DNA from: Chrysomallon squamiferum
Taxonomy: Eukaryota > Animalia > Mollusca
DNA: 64,000 nt
Direction: 5' to 3'
Assembly (NCBI GenBank): GCA_012295275.1
Contig: CM022666.1
Location: 13,702,001-13,766,000, forward strand
Made by a program: the position numbers and the translations under genes. The notes under the pieces were generated by a model. It saw only the letters and a list, made by a program, of their open reading frames with translations, ran no database searches and was not told where the DNA came from. This document shows, piece after piece, positions 63,061 through 64,000 of the stretch (position 1 is its first letter; every line of letters starts with the position of its first letter).

Positions 63061-63926
63061 CATCGTTCGTACGCGTTTAGGAAAGTCTTGGAAAGTTTTG
63101 GAAATTCATCACAGTGTTTTCCAAAACCATAAAATTTTGGAAAATCAGGTTTTGTTAACTTGGCTATGGAAAAGTTAAGGAAGGTTACGTCCTTTTCGTA
63201 AATGAAGTCTATGAAAAACTAGTTTGTTTTCACCAACATTTAGCCCCGACCCAACGCCCCGTTTTAGCCAATATAACGAGCTGCTGTTACAAACTGTCCA
63301 CTTTGAGTTTTGCCGCGAGTTTGATGTATCTACCATTTGAATCACCATTGCACCTATTGACTCCATTTAAAATGTAGTTAACAAAGGAACTTCACAACGA
63401 CTGGATCGCGAAAACAGGTCAAGATGGAACTGAACCTGGAGGTCACAGAGTGAGTTACGTTGTGTTCAAAAATATCTAATATTGGAAATACGCGTGGGCC
63501 GCAGTTCTTAGTCACCTGAATGGGAAAAAGCATCTTGATTTGGCTGCCGAGAAACATTCACTCGACACATCAAACTGTTCACGTCTTCAATCCTGAAACA
63601 GCCAAACCAGGCTTCAGCAAATTCAGTGTCGACATCCTGTCCACTCCAGGAATAAAACTGCATTTTTAAACGCCAAAATAAATTACATTCATTTAAAAAA
63701 AAAAAAAAAAAATGTTTTGTATTACTAATGAATACTATATGTACACCACGTAGCTCTGTCAGGGCAAATTTAATAACTCTGACAAACATGTTTAAAAACT
63801 GCAAACAAAACTTTGTTGTGAATGGAGTTTGCTTGGAAAAGGATTTTGGAAATTTGGATTTGTGGGCTATGGAAAGTTTTGGAAAAGTTATGGTTAATTT
63901 TGACAGCCCAAGATGTACGAACCATG
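63061..63926 (+). mobile_element. Non-autonomous, internally deleted DNA transposon (hAT-like) with 12-bp TIRs and a 6-bp target site duplication
   Basis: Left end CATCGTTCGTAC (63061-63072) versus right end GTACGAACCATG (63915-63926): 11/12 inverted match. It is flanked on both sides by AATATA (63055-63060 and 63927-63932). Subterminal TGGAAA(A)-type repeats occur near both ends. A frameshifted relic TLCSK...AAVLSHLNGKKH (63457-63533) resembles a transposase N-terminal zinc finger. Confidence 0.8.
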
Positions 63927-64000
63927 AATATACCGACCGACGTTTAGTTATAGATTGAACCTATCATGATTAAAGATATAGGACCTGAGGAGTAAAACAA

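Noticed and set aside
63508-63804. 98-aa minus-strand ORF inside the transposon
   Set aside because: It runs through a poly-A/T tract and has no motif. The only coding relic I can recognise is on the plus strand.

Overview
Eukaryotic (animal) genomic DNA that is AT-rich and packed with microsatellites. It is most consistent with a lophotrochozoan invertebrate, probably a gastropod mollusc; this is inferred from the invertebrate-type beta-carbonic anhydrase, the DUF229 gene and degenerate tRNA-derived SINE copies. The first ~29 kb and 31.3-45.7 kb contain no coding exons I can recognise. They hold simple repeats, three minisatellite arrays (21, 49 and 48 bp units), decayed SINEs and CpG-retaining non-coding blocks. 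Four protein-coding genes were reconstructed by hand. (1) An intronless, GC-rich DUF229 (alkaline-phosphatase-superfamily) gene at 29332-31289 (+), interrupted by a single -1 frameshift. (2) A 4-exon beta-carbonic anhydrase at 45805-48831 (+). (3) A 14-exon mitochondrial glutamyl-tRNA synthetase EARS2 at 58685-51301 (-). (4) A 6-exon DNAJC19/TIM14/Pam18 at 58956-62311 (+), head-to-head with EARS2, with a first exon whose only coding bases are the ATG and a GC-AG last intron. An 866-bp non-autonomous DNA transposon (12-bp TIRs, exact 6-bp TSD, relic zinc finger) lies at 63061-63926. I found no convincing novel biological system. The most notable points are the compact cluster of three probably mitochondrial genes, the DUF229 frameshift, the 6-bp-TSD element, a sharp CpG-retained versus CpG-depleted boundary, and a dense PAR-bZIP/CRE motif cluster. 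Almost all short ORFs in the supplied track are microsatellite artefacts.
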